Part shown: positions 18,607-31,678 of the stretch, one piece after another
Layout of the letters: every line of letters starts with the position of its first letter
Numbering within the stretch: the first letter of the stretch is position 1
IMG/VR virus record: IMGVR_UViG_3300025276_000024
Span: 1-64,000 of that record
Reading direction: 5' to 3' (one strand)
From: a virus
Length of the DNA: 64,000 nt
Made by a program: the position numbers and the translations under genes
Notes under the pieces: generated by a model
The model's input: the letters and a program-made list of their open reading frames with translations, nothing else
What the model was told of the DNA's origin: nothing
The model's database searches: none

Positions 18607-20118
18607 ATGGCTTATTTTAATCATGCGTTTAACAAGACGTTTATTGCTGACAGTACCCTAGCGGTTGCTGGTACGGCAACAAGCGCCCTTACTGACGGTC
18701 AACTGGCCTTGGTAAGTGACGGAACATGGGCATCTGTAGCATTACCCGGAGCTCCAGCAGCTGGATCTTTAGGGTATATTGTACAAGGTTCATTTTATTC
18801 CAAAGACACTATTGGTAACAATCCAGGACATGGAGGATACCAAGAATCTGTAAAATCTAAAGGGATTAACCCAAGATATATTACAAGATTATGGGCATCA
18901 AATTGTGCTGTTGCTTCACAAGCAAAAGCTAGCCTTTCATTAGGATCTAACTGTGCACCATGTGGTAAAACTCAATTTATGAGAATTGATGTGAAGGGTT
19001 CACCTGCACTAAGATTTTTAAATCACAATGCATATGCTATTGCTGACTCAGCAAATATCTGTTGTATTGATGGACAAGAATACATTGATCCAACATTAGT
19101 AATAGCTACTATGGCTAAGATGGCTCTTGCAGATCCATTAATCAAGCCGTTTGTTGCTGAAGGAGATGTAGATGGGCTTCTTGAAGGAGCTGGTTTAACA
19201 TTATCTGCTGGAGTAGGTTATACTGTAGCACAGCATAAAACATCTGCTGTTGATTCATTAGGATCTGCTGTTACAGCTTCAAGCCGTACAGGTTTTGTTG
19301 ATGCAGAAGTTAGTGTATTAACTATAAGTGGTACTGGAGTAATACTTACTTTTGATATTGCTCAAGCAGGGGAAAATTACAAAGTAGGTGATGTTGTAAC
19401 TGTTATAGATGCTGCTGCAACTACTGATGCTACATTAACTGTTGCTGCCGCAGGTTTAACTGCTGGTGGTGTTGTTGTTACTAAAACAACAGGAGCTGTA
19501 GTAACTAATGCAGTATATTCTATTGCACAAGCTTTAGATGCAACTTATACTCCTTCTACTGATCCAAATGGAGCAACTAAAGTATCTGCAAAAGTTGATT
19601 TTGTAGGAGCTTATGTTGATACAGTATTTGGTAACTGTTCATTCAGTCCAAATGATCATTATAATGCAGAGCCTGTAGAGATTATTGTTTCTGAATTAGA
19701 TGAAACTGGTAATCCATGTAATGACTGTGGTGTTGCTACGCAAACTCCAGGTTCAATGCAACAAACTCAAGGTGAAGAAGTAGTTAGAGATTTAATTATG
19801 TCTGAAAGATACCGTCAATCTCCTTTTAATACAGGAAATGCTGACAGTTCAAGAATCAGAGAAATTGAAATGTCTAATGAGCTTTTAGCTGCTGTAGATA
19901 GAACAGCTACATACAGAGCATATTACGTACAACATTCTGTGCCAAGATTCAACAATCCTTCTGGAGTGTTTGATAATGACCAGTATGTATACAAAATCTT
20001 TGTAAAATGTAGTGACACTGCTGCACAAGGACAAGCATTAGCTTTACTTACTGCACTGTCCACATGGGCTGAATCAGCAGGTAATTTTGTACCGGTAGAA
20101 ACAAACGTTTACTGGTAG
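18607..20118 (+). CDS. Abundant virion protein, probable auxiliary capsid protein (crAss gene-73-like)
   Basis: 503 aa, Ala/Thr/Gly-rich, own promoter and terminator; central beta-rich insertion (AGENYKVGDVVTV). Confidence 0.7.
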   Translation: MAYFNHAFNKTFIADSTLAVAGTATSALTDGQLALVSDGTWASVALPGAPAAGSLGYIVQGSFYSKDTIGNNPGHGGYQESVKSKGINPRYITRLWASNCAVASQAKASLSLGSNCAPCGKTQFMRIDVKGSPALRFLNHNAYAIADSANICCIDGQEYIDPTLVIATMAKMALADPLIKPFVAEGDVDGLLEGAGLTLSAGVGYTVAQHKTSAVDSLGSAVTASSRTGFVDAEVSVLTISGTGVILTFDIAQAGENYKVGDVVTVIDAAATTDATLTVAAAGLTAGGVVVTKTTGAVVTNAVYSIAQALDATYTPSTDPNGATKVSAKVDFVGAYVDTVFGNCSFSPNDHYNAEPVEIIVSELDETGNPCNDCGVATQTPGSMQQTQGEEVVRDLIMSERYRQSPFNTGNADSSRIREIEMSNELLAAVDRTATYRAYYVQHSVPRFNNPSGVFDNDQYVYKIFVKCSDTAAQGQALALLTALSTWAESAGNFVPVETNVYW

Positions 20119-20143
20119 TCTAAATACTTGTTGAATAAATAAT

Positions 20144-20178
20144 AGAGCGGGAGAGAAATCTCCTGCTCTTTTTATTTT
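20144..20178 (+). terminator. Intrinsic terminator
   Basis: AGAGCGGGAGA-GAAA-TCTCCTGCTCT + T tract. Confidence 0.9.
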
Positions 20179-20194
20179 ATATTGTCTGTAATTT

Positions 20195-20205
20195 TTTGTA
20201 TATTA
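20195..20205 (+). promoter_or_regulatory. TTTGTATATTA motif
   Basis: Exact copy just after a terminator. Confidence 0.65.
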
Positions 20206-20233
20206 TCTATATAGTATAACAAAGTAATAAAAA

Positions 20234-20809
20234 ATGGCAAGTAAACACATCCTAAGTTTAGAAATTCCTACAGTATCAAACTGTGATTTATTGTGTATTA
20301 AAGACACAAGTCAATATTCCAAAGAGCTTGCAATTGATTGTGAAGAACTTTTAATTACATTACCTGGATTTAGTGTACCTGTACTTATTAAAGTGGATAA
20401 TGGCTTTGATATGTGTTTAACAGCATGCACATTGGCTATACAAAAAGAAAACTGTGGTACTATCCAAGAAAAAATTCCTGATGGAGTATATATTATTAGA
20501 TATAGTGTATCTCCAAACTCTAAAGTTTATGTAGAATATAATCACTTAAGAGTAACTAGATTGCTAAGTACTTATTATGAAGTATTATGTGATTTAGAAG
20601 TGCAAGCATGTCAACCTGATTCAGATAAACAATCCTTGTTATCTGAAATGAGTTATATAAGAACTGTTATTGACGCTGCTGTAGCTAATGTAGAGTATTG
20701 TCAGTCTGCTGCTCATGGTATGCAATTGTATAATTATGCTAAAAACAGACTAAATAAAATTGCTTGTCCATCAGGTAACTGTGGTTCAAGTTCAAAATAT
20801 TTAATTTAA
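20234..20809 (+). CDS. Cys-rich tail hub-like structural protein
   Basis: I.DTSQY..LLITLPG..IPDGVYIIRYSVSP pattern; many Cys. Confidence 0.65.
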   Translation: MASKHILSLEIPTVSNCDLLCIKDTSQYSKELAIDCEELLITLPGFSVPVLIKVDNGFDMCLTACTLAIQKENCGTIQEKIPDGVYIIRYSVSPNSKVYVEYNHLRVTRLLSTYYEVLCDLEVQACQPDSDKQSLLSEMSYIRTVIDAAVANVEYCQSAAHGMQLYNYAKNRLNKIACPSGNCGSSSKYLI

Positions 20810-20820
20810 AACCAAACAGT

Positions 20821-21000
20821 ATGGCAAATTGCGCACACTGCAACAAACAGTTTACTTGTGGATGTCAGAAGGCATCATTAGGAAATGGTGTTGTTGTATG
20901 TAAACAATGTAAAATAAAAGCTGATGCAGATTTATCTACCTCAAGTAATTTGAATAGAGAATTAGCTAGGCAACAGATTCAAGATTTAAGAAATAAATAA
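20821..21000 (+). CDS. 59-aa Cys-rich mini-protein (not in ORF track)
   Basis: MANCAHCNKQFTCGCQKASLGNGVVVCKQCK...; 6 Cys in first 30 aa; fills the gap exactly. Confidence 0.8.
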   Translation: MANCAHCNKQFTCGCQKASLGNGVVVCKQCKIKADADLSTSSNLNRELARQQIQDLRNK

Positions 21001-21001
21001 A

Positions 21002-21544
21002 ATGGCTAAAGCAACTAGATCATCTTCTAATGCAGAACAAGTAAAAGAGTTAGCACTACTAAAAAGGATTAATGTAGAACAGACTTTTGCACAGCAAGTA
21101 TATGCTAATTTTCAAGCTATACGTTTTGGTATAGAAGCATGTTGTTATACAGATATGGAATTAGCCATCTTAAGAAAAGATATATGTGATTGGCAAAATG
21201 CAACAAGTAATAAAGTAGTAGTAGCAACAGATACAAAAGGAGTCTTTGTTGAACCATTAGCTAAATTAAATACTAAAGCAAGTGTAAGTTGTCCAGCAAC
21301 ACCTAGTAGTGTTTGTACAATTTTAGACTTAGAAAGAGTACTAGCTGATACAGGTACATACTCACAATGTTTTGATGTTGATTCTAAAACATGGACAGTA
21401 ACACATAATCTAGGTAAATATCCATCAGTTACAGTAGTAGATGGTGATAACAATGTAGTTGTAGGTAATGTACAATATATAACTACACAACAATTAAAAA
21501 TAACATTTAGCATACCTTTTAGTGGTTGTGCTTTTCTAAATTAA
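21002..21544 (+). CDS. Tail hub/fibre-anchoring protein
   Basis: RFGIEACC N-part + TWTVTHNLGKYPSVTVVD..ITF..FSG.A.LN fibre-type C-domain. Confidence 0.65.
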   Translation: MAKATRSSSNAEQVKELALLKRINVEQTFAQQVYANFQAIRFGIEACCYTDMELAILRKDICDWQNATSNKVVVATDTKGVFVEPLAKLNTKASVSCPATPSSVCTILDLERVLADTGTYSQCFDVDSKTWTVTHNLGKYPSVTVVDGDNNVVVGNVQYITTQQLKITFSIPFSGCAFLN

Positions 21545-21569
21545 ATATAAATAACTTAAAACAATAACA

Positions 21570-23879
21570 ATGGCAATACAATTTCTTTCTGGGTTAAACA
21601 TTGATGGAAACATTGACTTAAACTCTAATCAGATAAAAGAGGTCAGAATAGATAACCTTAGTGCAGCTCCAACAGGATCCCTAGGAAGAATTTACTATGA
21701 TGACGCTACAAATAAACTTAGACTCTATAATGGAGCCTGGGTTGATTTAACAACAGGTGCAGATGGTGACACCACCTATACAATAGATGTTCCAACTGGA
21801 ACAACTAGTATTAACTTAAAAGGTACTGATGGAACAGATGATCCAATTGAACTTGCAGGTAGTGGATTACTAGCTGTAACTAGAACAAGTGCAAGTAAAT
21901 TAACGTTTAGTACTACTGCTACAGATAATGTAGGTACAGTTACAGACGTAGATGCAGGTAAAGGTATTCTTATTACAGGTACATCAACTGTAAAACCAAC
22001 AGTTTCTATAGACTACGCAGGTGCAGACAATGCAATCTTAGTTGCTTCAGCTGCAACACCAGTTGGTGGAGATACAATGTGGTTTTCTGATGCAGATGAT
22101 TCTGGTATTAAAAAAGCTACAATATCTAGTTTTCCAGGATTTGGAAAGGATGGTACAGTAACTGCTGTAGGAGCTAGTGCTGGTTTAAAAACAAATATAG
22201 CATTAGGAGCTGATATAACAAGTACAGGTGATGTAGAAGTAGATTATGTAGGAACAGATAACGTTATTTTATCAGCAGCTGATGGTACAGCTGTAGATGT
22301 AGCTTCTACAGATAAGATAATTATAAATGATGCTGATGACACTATTGTTAAGTTTGTAAATATATCACAAATTACTGCAGCAATTGGTGGTGGTACTGTA
22401 ACAAGCATTGATGTAAGTGGTGGAACTACGGGTTTAACAACAAGTGGTGGTCCAATTACAAGTAATGGAACAATTACACTAGCTGGCACACTAACTGAAG
22501 CAAATGGTGGTACTGGACAAACAGTTTATGCAGTAGGTGATTTACTATATGCTACTGCTACAAATAGACTATCTAAATTACCAATAGGATTAAAAGATCA
22601 AGTATTAAAAGTAAATGCAGCTGCAACAGCTCCAGAATGGGCAGCAGATGCTAATGCAGGTGGTACAGTTACAAGTATTAATTTAAAAGGTGATACAGGA
22701 ACTGGTACTGCTATAACAAGCAGTGGAGTATTTGCTATTGAAGGTGCTGGTAATATTTCTACAGCAATGTCTGGAGATACATTAACTATAAGTACTTCAG
22801 CAACAACTAACGTTGGTACTGTAACAAGTGTAACTGCAGGTGATGGTATGACACAATCAGGTACCTCAACTGTTGATCCAACATTAAATGTTGTTGGTGG
22901 TGATGGTATAACAGCCAATGCAGATGATATAGAAGTAGACAGTACAGTTATAAGAACATCTGGTGCACAAACTATGGCTGATGTAAAAACCTTTACATCT
23001 TTACCAACTATACCAACCACTCCATCAGCTGGAACAGACGCTGCTTCTAAAAATTATGTAGATACAAGTATTTCAGGATCTGGATCATTAATCTTCCAAG
23101 GAGGATATGATGCAACAAGTGCAGCACCAACAGGAGCAGCAGTTCTTAAAGGATTTACTTATGTAGTAACAGTAGCAGGTTCAGGAGATCCAGCAGGATT
23201 TTGGAATCCTGTTTTAGAAGTTGGTGATTTAATTATTGCTAACCAAAACAATCCTACAGATGCAACAGAATGGACAGAGGTCAACAAGAATGTTGATTTA
23301 GCTACTACAACAATTCCAGGTATTGCATCATTTGCAGCAGCAACTTTTGATGTAAGTGCAGCAGGTGAGGTTACAGTTAAAGCAGGTGGAATTTCTGATG
23401 CACAATTAGCAAGTACATTTAATAAGATCATTGGTATTGACACAGATATTAACACAAGCGGTGTTGATGTTGTTGATCAAATTAGTTTAACTGACGGTGT
23501 TGTTGGAACATTAACTACAAGAACCTTACCTACATCATTACCTGGTTCAGTTGGGGTAATTGCCACAGCAACAGCAGCAGAGGTAACGGCAGGAGTTGTA
23601 ACTAATAAAGCAGTAACACCAGCTACATTAGCAGGATCACATGCTGCACAAGGTTATTCAGCTACATTTCCAGCTGGAGCTGCAACAACATTTCAAATCA
23701 GAGGTACTACACACGGCTTAGGTACTGGACCATTAGTAGTTCAAATATATGATACAGTAAAAGGTGTACAAACTTTTATGGATGTAGATGTTGATCCAGC
23801 TAATGGAAATATTGATTTAGCTTGGACAACTAGTGTTGGAGCAAATGCATATACAGCAGCAGTTTTAAAAGTCTCCTAA
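21570..23879 (+). CDS. Tail fibre protein
   Basis: Repeated GTVTSV/GTVTSI, DAASKNYVD, ATAAEV.AG..KAVTP, C-terminal THGLGT module. Confidence 0.85.
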   Translation: MAIQFLSGLNIDGNIDLNSNQIKEVRIDNLSAAPTGSLGRIYYDDATNKLRLYNGAWVDLTTGADGDTTYTIDVPTGTTSINLKGTDGTDDPIELAGSGLLAVTRTSASKLTFSTTATDNVGTVTDVDAGKGILITGTSTVKPTVSIDYAGADNAILVASAATPVGGDTMWFSDADDSGIKKATISSFPGFGKDGTVTAVGASAGLKTNIALGADITSTGDVEVDYVGTDNVILSAADGTAVDVASTDKIIINDADDTIVKFVNISQITAAIGGGTVTSIDVSGGTTGLTTSGGPITSNGTITLAGTLTEANGGTGQTVYAVGDLLYATATNRLSKLPIGLKDQVLKVNAAATAPEWAADANAGGTVTSINLKGDTGTGTAITSSGVFAIEGAGNISTAMSGDTLTISTSATTNVGTVTSVTAGDGMTQSGTSTVDPTLNVVGGDGITANADDIEVDSTVIRTSGAQTMADVKTFTSLPTIPTTPSAGTDAASKNYVDTSISGSGSLIFQGGYDATSAAPTGAAVLKGFTYVVTVAGSGDPAGFWNPVLEVGDLIIANQNNPTDATEWTEVNKNVDLATTTIPGIASFAAATFDVSAAGEVTVKAGGISDAQLASTFNKIIGIDTDINTSGVDVVDQISLTDGVVGTLTTRTLPTSLPGSVGVIATATAAEVTAGVVTNKAVTPATLAGSHAAQGYSATFPAGAATTFQIRGTTHGLGTGPLVVQIYDTVKGVQTFMDVDVDPANGNIDLAWTTSVGANAYTAAVLKVS

Positions 23880-23894
23880 GTGTAAATACAATCT

Positions 23895-23939
23895 AAGGGG
23901 AGTCTAAACATACTATACGTTTATGGCTCCCTTTTTTTT
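23895..23939 (+). terminator. Intrinsic terminator
   Basis: AAGGGGAGTC..GGCTCCCTT + T tract. Confidence 0.8.
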
Positions 23940-23969
23940 AAATTTATTATCTTAGCAAAAACATAAATT

Positions 23970-25508
23970 ATGGCAATACAGTTTTTATCAGCAACAAATA
24001 TAGACGGAAGCGTTACAGCAAAAATAAGTGCTGATTCAAATTCTACATATACTGGGATTGTTATATCTGAAAATGGATTATTAAAATATAGAACCAAAGC
24101 TCAAATACTTAGTGATATTGGTGCTACAAATAATGTGGGTACAGTTACTTCAATAACAGTACAAGGTACCACAGGATTAAGTGGTAGTGGAACAATAACA
24201 ACAAATGGTACAATAACACTAACTAATATTGATAGAGGTTCATCACAGTTTATATATAAAAACATAGCAGCTGATTCAGGAGGAACAGCAGTAGCTAATA
24301 CTAATAATGATACAATAACTTTTGCTGGATCTGGTGCAGTTAAAACATCAAGAAGTGGTGATGTAATAACAATAACTTCTACTAACTCTAGTAACAATTT
24401 TGTAAGTTCAGCATCTTTTGCTACTGCTACTGGTGTATTAACACTTAATAGATCAGGTCTTAGTGCAGTAACAGTAGATCTTGATGGTAGATATGTTACA
24501 AGCTCAGGTGTTACAAGTGTTGCAACAGGTAACGGAATATCAGGAGGTATAATAACTACTACTGGTACTTTAACTGTTGGAGCAGGTAATGGTTTATCAC
24601 AGTCAACTACTGGTTTGTTAATGTCAGGTTCTTATACTGGAAATTATTCTATAAAAGGCGGTTTAACAACTGAAGCAACTATTAATATTAACAATCCTGC
24701 ATCTGATAAAAAAATATCATTTGATAGAACTGGAGGAAAAGCTATGTCAATAGAACATGACGCAACATCAATGTATTTTTACAATGAAACTGATGCTGTG
24801 ACAATGTTTAAAATGTTTAACGCTGGTTCAGCAACAGTAACAGGTGATTTTACTGTTAATGGTGGTGATATTGTTTTAGGTGGAACAGGTAGAATACAAG
24901 GAGTTGATACAGTAAGTTCAAATACAGATGCAGCTAATAAGTTGTATGTAGACAATGCTGTAAAGGTAAAGTCTATTACACCTAATGCACCTGCATCTTT
25001 GAAATTATCTATAGTTGGAGAAACAATTGAGGTATTATTTGATGCATCAACAACAGCAGGTATAGATTACTATCAAGTATGGTCATCTGATGATGGGGGT
25101 GATTTTGGAATTATAGGTCAAATACCAATAACAGATATAGCAGCTACAATGACTGTTGTAGATACAACATTCAATACAGGTGGTAATATGGCATATAGAG
25201 TATATGCTGTAAGAGATGGTGTTTATTCTGCACCTAAAACAGCAAATATTAATTATACAGTTGCTGCATTAAATGTATCTAGCTTATCAGTTATTAATTT
25301 TAACACAGCATATTATGTACAGTATGAAAAACCATCATCAAGATTTATAGATCATATAGAAATATATATGGATTCTCAAACAACACAAGCAGCATTAAGT
25401 AGATCTAATGCAGGAATAGTATACAGTGGACAAAATGCAGCATATATGCAAAATGTAGCAAAGAGTAGAAACTTTCATCAGTTTTGGGTTGAAGTAGTAA
25501 CATCATAA
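23970..25508 (+). CDS. Tail fibre protein with C-terminal FN3-like domains
   Basis: MAIQFLS start shared with 21570; GTVTSI, DAANKLYVD; PNAPASL..YYQVW..YRVYAV FN3 pattern. Confidence 0.8.
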   Translation: MAIQFLSATNIDGSVTAKISADSNSTYTGIVISENGLLKYRTKAQILSDIGATNNVGTVTSITVQGTTGLSGSGTITTNGTITLTNIDRGSSQFIYKNIAADSGGTAVANTNNDTITFAGSGAVKTSRSGDVITITSTNSSNNFVSSASFATATGVLTLNRSGLSAVTVDLDGRYVTSSGVTSVATGNGISGGIITTTGTLTVGAGNGLSQSTTGLLMSGSYTGNYSIKGGLTTEATININNPASDKKISFDRTGGKAMSIEHDATSMYFYNETDAVTMFKMFNAGSATVTGDFTVNGGDIVLGGTGRIQGVDTVSSNTDAANKLYVDNAVKVKSITPNAPASLKLSIVGETIEVLFDASTTAGIDYYQVWSSDDGGDFGIIGQIPITDIAATMTVVDTTFNTGGNMAYRVYAVRDGVYSAPKTANINYTVAALNVSSLSVINFNTAYYVQYEKPSSRFIDHIEIYMDSQTTQAALSRSNAGIVYSGQNAAYMQNVAKSRNFHQFWVEVVTS

Positions 25509-25510
25509 TT

Positions 25511-25681
25511 ATGGCAGGAATGGAACCAGGGACAACAAGAGAGTATTGGGAAAATTGCTTAGCTGAATATGAACTAGCTTTGGAAGAAGAATTTAATATG
25601 CAACCTGGAAAAGGGTTTAATGATGATATTATACAATTATTAAAATTTGAGATAAACGAATGTTTAAAACAACTAGCTTAG
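25511..25681 (+). CDS. 56-aa acidic helical protein (not in ORF track)
   Basis: MAGMEPGTTREYWENCLAEYELALEEEF...ECLKQLA; attATG; overlaps next ORF by 22 nt. Confidence 0.75.
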   Translation: MAGMEPGTTREYWENCLAEYELALEEEFNMQPGKGFNDDIIQLLKFEINECLKQLA

Positions 25682-27393
25682 AAAGAGCAGACATAAAAAG
25701 GATAGTAGGAGCAGCCGCCAATGATTATGGGGGTCAATATGCTATTGTACCCGTTACAAAAAGAGGTATGAGTAATGTTACTACATCTAGTGGTAGTGGT
25801 GAATATGATGGTGGAGATAGAGTTATTGGCTATAATAATGGATATGAAATTGATGGTGACTTAATGTTTACTACAGGTTGGGGTGATGGATTTGCTGTTA
25901 GAAGATTGAATAATGACGGTACTATGACAAGGCTGTTTTATGACTCTTACTTTTTATGGAGAGATACATCATCAACATATAACCATTTAACATCTGTTGC
26001 TATTGATACAAAAAATAAGATAGGTGTAGTAATGACATATAATGTTGAGGGCTATACTACTTTTGATTACAGTGGATGTGTAAACGGAGGATCTACTTTT
26101 GTTAAAGATCCAAGACCTACACATAGTAATCCAGACACTTTTATAGGATCACAAGATCTTGCTGGTGGTTATGTAAATAGAGTAGGTGGTGGTTATTATA
26201 GTGGGATGTGTGCTGCTGGAGAATGGATATGGGCGGCTGATCATGATTCACATCATTACAAAAAAGTAATGCGTAGAAACCTTAAAACTGGTGCAGAAGA
26301 AAGACTATCAACAGATGATACTAAAGTAATGTATCCTGGTTCAGCACCTGAAGATAGAAATGGATATAGAGGAAAGTGTTTTTATGATGAAGTAAATGAT
26401 AGAGTTTTAAACTCTAGATTTTACAATGCTAATTTTGTATTAATATTAGATGCATCAACGGCAAACCCAAAAACAGTATGGTGTGATATGTCTGATGCAG
26501 GTCAAGGAGATGATGGTTATGAACATGGTTGGTTTATACCAAACCCTAAAGATGAACCTAATATCTTTTGGACAGGTTGTAATTCTAGATTTACTAAAAT
26601 GGATGTAACACCATGTTTTTCAGGGAACACTGCTACAATACTAGATATAAGGTATGTTGAATCACAGACTCCTGGTAATAACTTTGCTGTAGAATTTAGA
26701 GCAGGTACAAAGTATAGAACTGTTACAGGTGGACAACCTACTGATTTGATGCCTGGGTATCCTAACTTTATGCCTACATCTTCAGATAGAGGAAAAGCTA
26801 TGAACCCAGGATGGATAGATTTTGATAATAACAGAGTAGTAACTCTTTTGAGATATAATAATATTACTGAAGATACTACTTCATTAGGTAGGGGTAGATC
26901 ATACAGATCTGATTATGGGAACAATATAGTAAGAATGTATTCTGAAAACGGAACACCATGGTGGGTGCAAACAGGATATGGAAGTGATGGTCATGGATTT
27001 AGAATTTGGAGTGATACTTATAGAAATGAATTAATAGGAAATTGGGAAATTAGTTATGGTGATTATACACTAGATAACAGTGCAGATATAAATTTTGTTT
27101 TTTGGGATGCTGTTGATTGGTTTATACCTTCAAGCTGTTCATTAAGCTATTTTGCTTCTAATGATGGTGGAACAACATTTGAATCAATTAATCCTAGAAC
27201 AGTACATACATTTAGTTCAACAGGTACAACTCTTCAAGTAAAAGCAGTGGCAACAGGATTTCCTGATAAAGCTCCATATAAAATGTCAGACGGAAAAGAT
27301 ATATTAGTTTATGGATCAATGTTTAGTGCACAGATGGATGCTTCAATTGAATTACAAATGACTAGGTTTAAATTAAAAGGAAAAAAAGTATAA
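25660..27393 (+). CDS. Putative receptor-binding / beta-propeller tail protein
   Basis: 577 aa, Gly/Asp/aromatic-rich beta repeats, [11 protein letters not shown] Asp-box-like segment; within the fibre cluster. Confidence 0.55.
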   Translation: MFKTTSLERADIKRIVGAAANDYGGQYAIVPVTKRGMSNVTTSSGSGEYDGGDRVIGYNNGYEIDGDLMFTTGWGDGFAVRRLNNDGTMTRLFYDSYFLWRDTSSTYNHLTSVAIDTKNKIGVVMTYNVEGYTTFDYSGCVNGGSTFVKDPRPTHSNPDTFIGSQDLAGGYVNRVGGGYYSGMCAAGEWIWAADHDSHHYKKVMRRNLKTGAEERLSTDDTKVMYPGSAPEDRNGYRGKCFYDEVNDRVLNSRFYNANFVLILDASTANPKTVWCDMSDAGQGDDGYEHGWFIPNPKDEPNIFWTGCNSRFTKMDVTPCFSGNTATILDIRYVESQTPGNNFAVEFRAGTKYRTVTGGQPTDLMPGYPNFMPTSSDRGKAMNPGWIDFDNNRVVTLLRYNNITEDTTSLGRGRSYRSDYGNNIVRMYSENGTPWWVQTGYGSDGHGFRIWSDTYRNELIGNWEISYGDYTLDNSADINFVFWDAVDWFIPSSCSLSYFASNDGGTTFESINPRTVHTFSSTGTTLQVKAVATGFPDKAPYKMSDGKDILVYGSMFSAQMDASIELQMTRFKLKGKKV

Positions 27394-27394
27394 C

Positions 27395-30754
<3,360 letters not shown>

Positions 30755-30758
30755 TAAT

Positions 30759-31241
30759 ATGAAAAAGAAAGCAAAAAATAAAGTCCAAAAGAAAGGGCTT
30801 ACAATAACATTAAGGGGTAGACAACCTTCTCAAATAGCTATTTTAAAATTAAAAAATGCTGTTGAGAAAAAAGAAACAGAACAAAGAAAGAAAGAAAAAC
30901 CTTTTATTAGATATAGTTTTCATATTGAATCTGTTGAGGTAGATGGCAATAACTTATTGGAGGAAATTGTATTTCTTTATAAGGGTACAATGGTTATACC
31001 TAAATCACAAAAAGATAATTTTGATCAAGGTTCTTATTCAGTAAATGGAACATACGTAGTTCCTCATAATATTGATCATGTAGTTAGATTACAAGATTTT
31101 AACCAAATTAAAAGAAAAGATGTCATAGACTTACTATCAAAGAATGTAAGAGAAGATTATGTTAAAGGTATGAGAGAAATGATTCATAAACAATTGATGC
31201 CTGAATACAAAATAATTACTGATCTTCCTTGGAAGTCTTAA
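30759..31241 (+). CDS. Putative fibre assembly/chaperone protein
   Basis: Follows fibre; ends in DLPW like a widespread small fibre-associated family. Confidence 0.55.
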   Translation: MKKKAKNKVQKKGLTITLRGRQPSQIAILKLKNAVEKKETEQRKKEKPFIRYSFHIESVEVDGNNLLEEIVFLYKGTMVIPKSQKDNFDQGSYSVNGTYVVPHNIDHVVRLQDFNQIKRKDVIDLLSKNVREDYVKGMREMIHKQLMPEYKIITDLPWKS

Positions 31242-31250
31242 TATTTTATC

Positions 31251-31258
31251 TATCTTTG
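31251..31258 (+). promoter_or_regulatory. Bacteroidota sigma-A -7 element
   Basis: TATCTTTG, intergenic; near-matches TATCTTAG (23948), TATCTTTA (34565), TAATTTTA (55392) in other gaps. Confidence 0.65.
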
Positions 31259-31289
31259 CTAATAATAATTATTAAAACCAAATATTGAG

Positions 31290-31550
31290 ATGGCTAAAAA
31301 AGCAAAAAAAATATCTGCAAAAGAACTTGAAAATATCAAGTCACTTCAAGAAAAAATCAATACTGTAATTATGAATTTAGGTAATGCAGTAGTAGTACAA
31401 AATCAACTTACTTCAACTCATGTAGGTTTACAAGAAGAGTGGAAAGAAGAAACTTCTAAGCTAGAAAAAAAGTATGGTAATGTAAACATTAGTTTAGAAG
31501 ACGGTGCAATTTCAGAAATTGTAGAAGAAGTTCCTTTATCAGCAGTATAA
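31290..31550 (+). CDS. Small coiled-coil protein (fibre chaperone-like)
   Basis: KISAKEL..IKSLQ..LG..LEKKYGNVNISLEDG family pattern. Confidence 0.7.
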   Translation: MAKKAKKISAKELENIKSLQEKINTVIMNLGNAVVVQNQLTSTHVGLQEEWKEETSKLEKKYGNVNISLEDGAISEIVEEVPLSAV

Positions 31551-31616
31551 CATCCTTTCATATTTGTTAGTATAAAATTTTTTAAGACCAGCATTTCTTG
31601 TTTGGTTTTAAAAAAT

Positions 31617-31627
31617 TTTGTATATTA
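31617..31627 (+). promoter_or_regulatory. TTTGTATATTA motif
   Basis: Exact copy at the foot of a long AT-rich hairpin (31575-31619). Confidence 0.65.
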
Positions 31628-31678
31628 TTAATGTATATAGTTTACAACAAAACATTACATTAGATAAATAACATTAAT

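Noticed and set aside
31599-31612. 14-nt complement of the 20821 start region (20805-20818)
   Set aside because: Sequestered in a long local hairpin (31575-31619) and AT-rich; explained locally.
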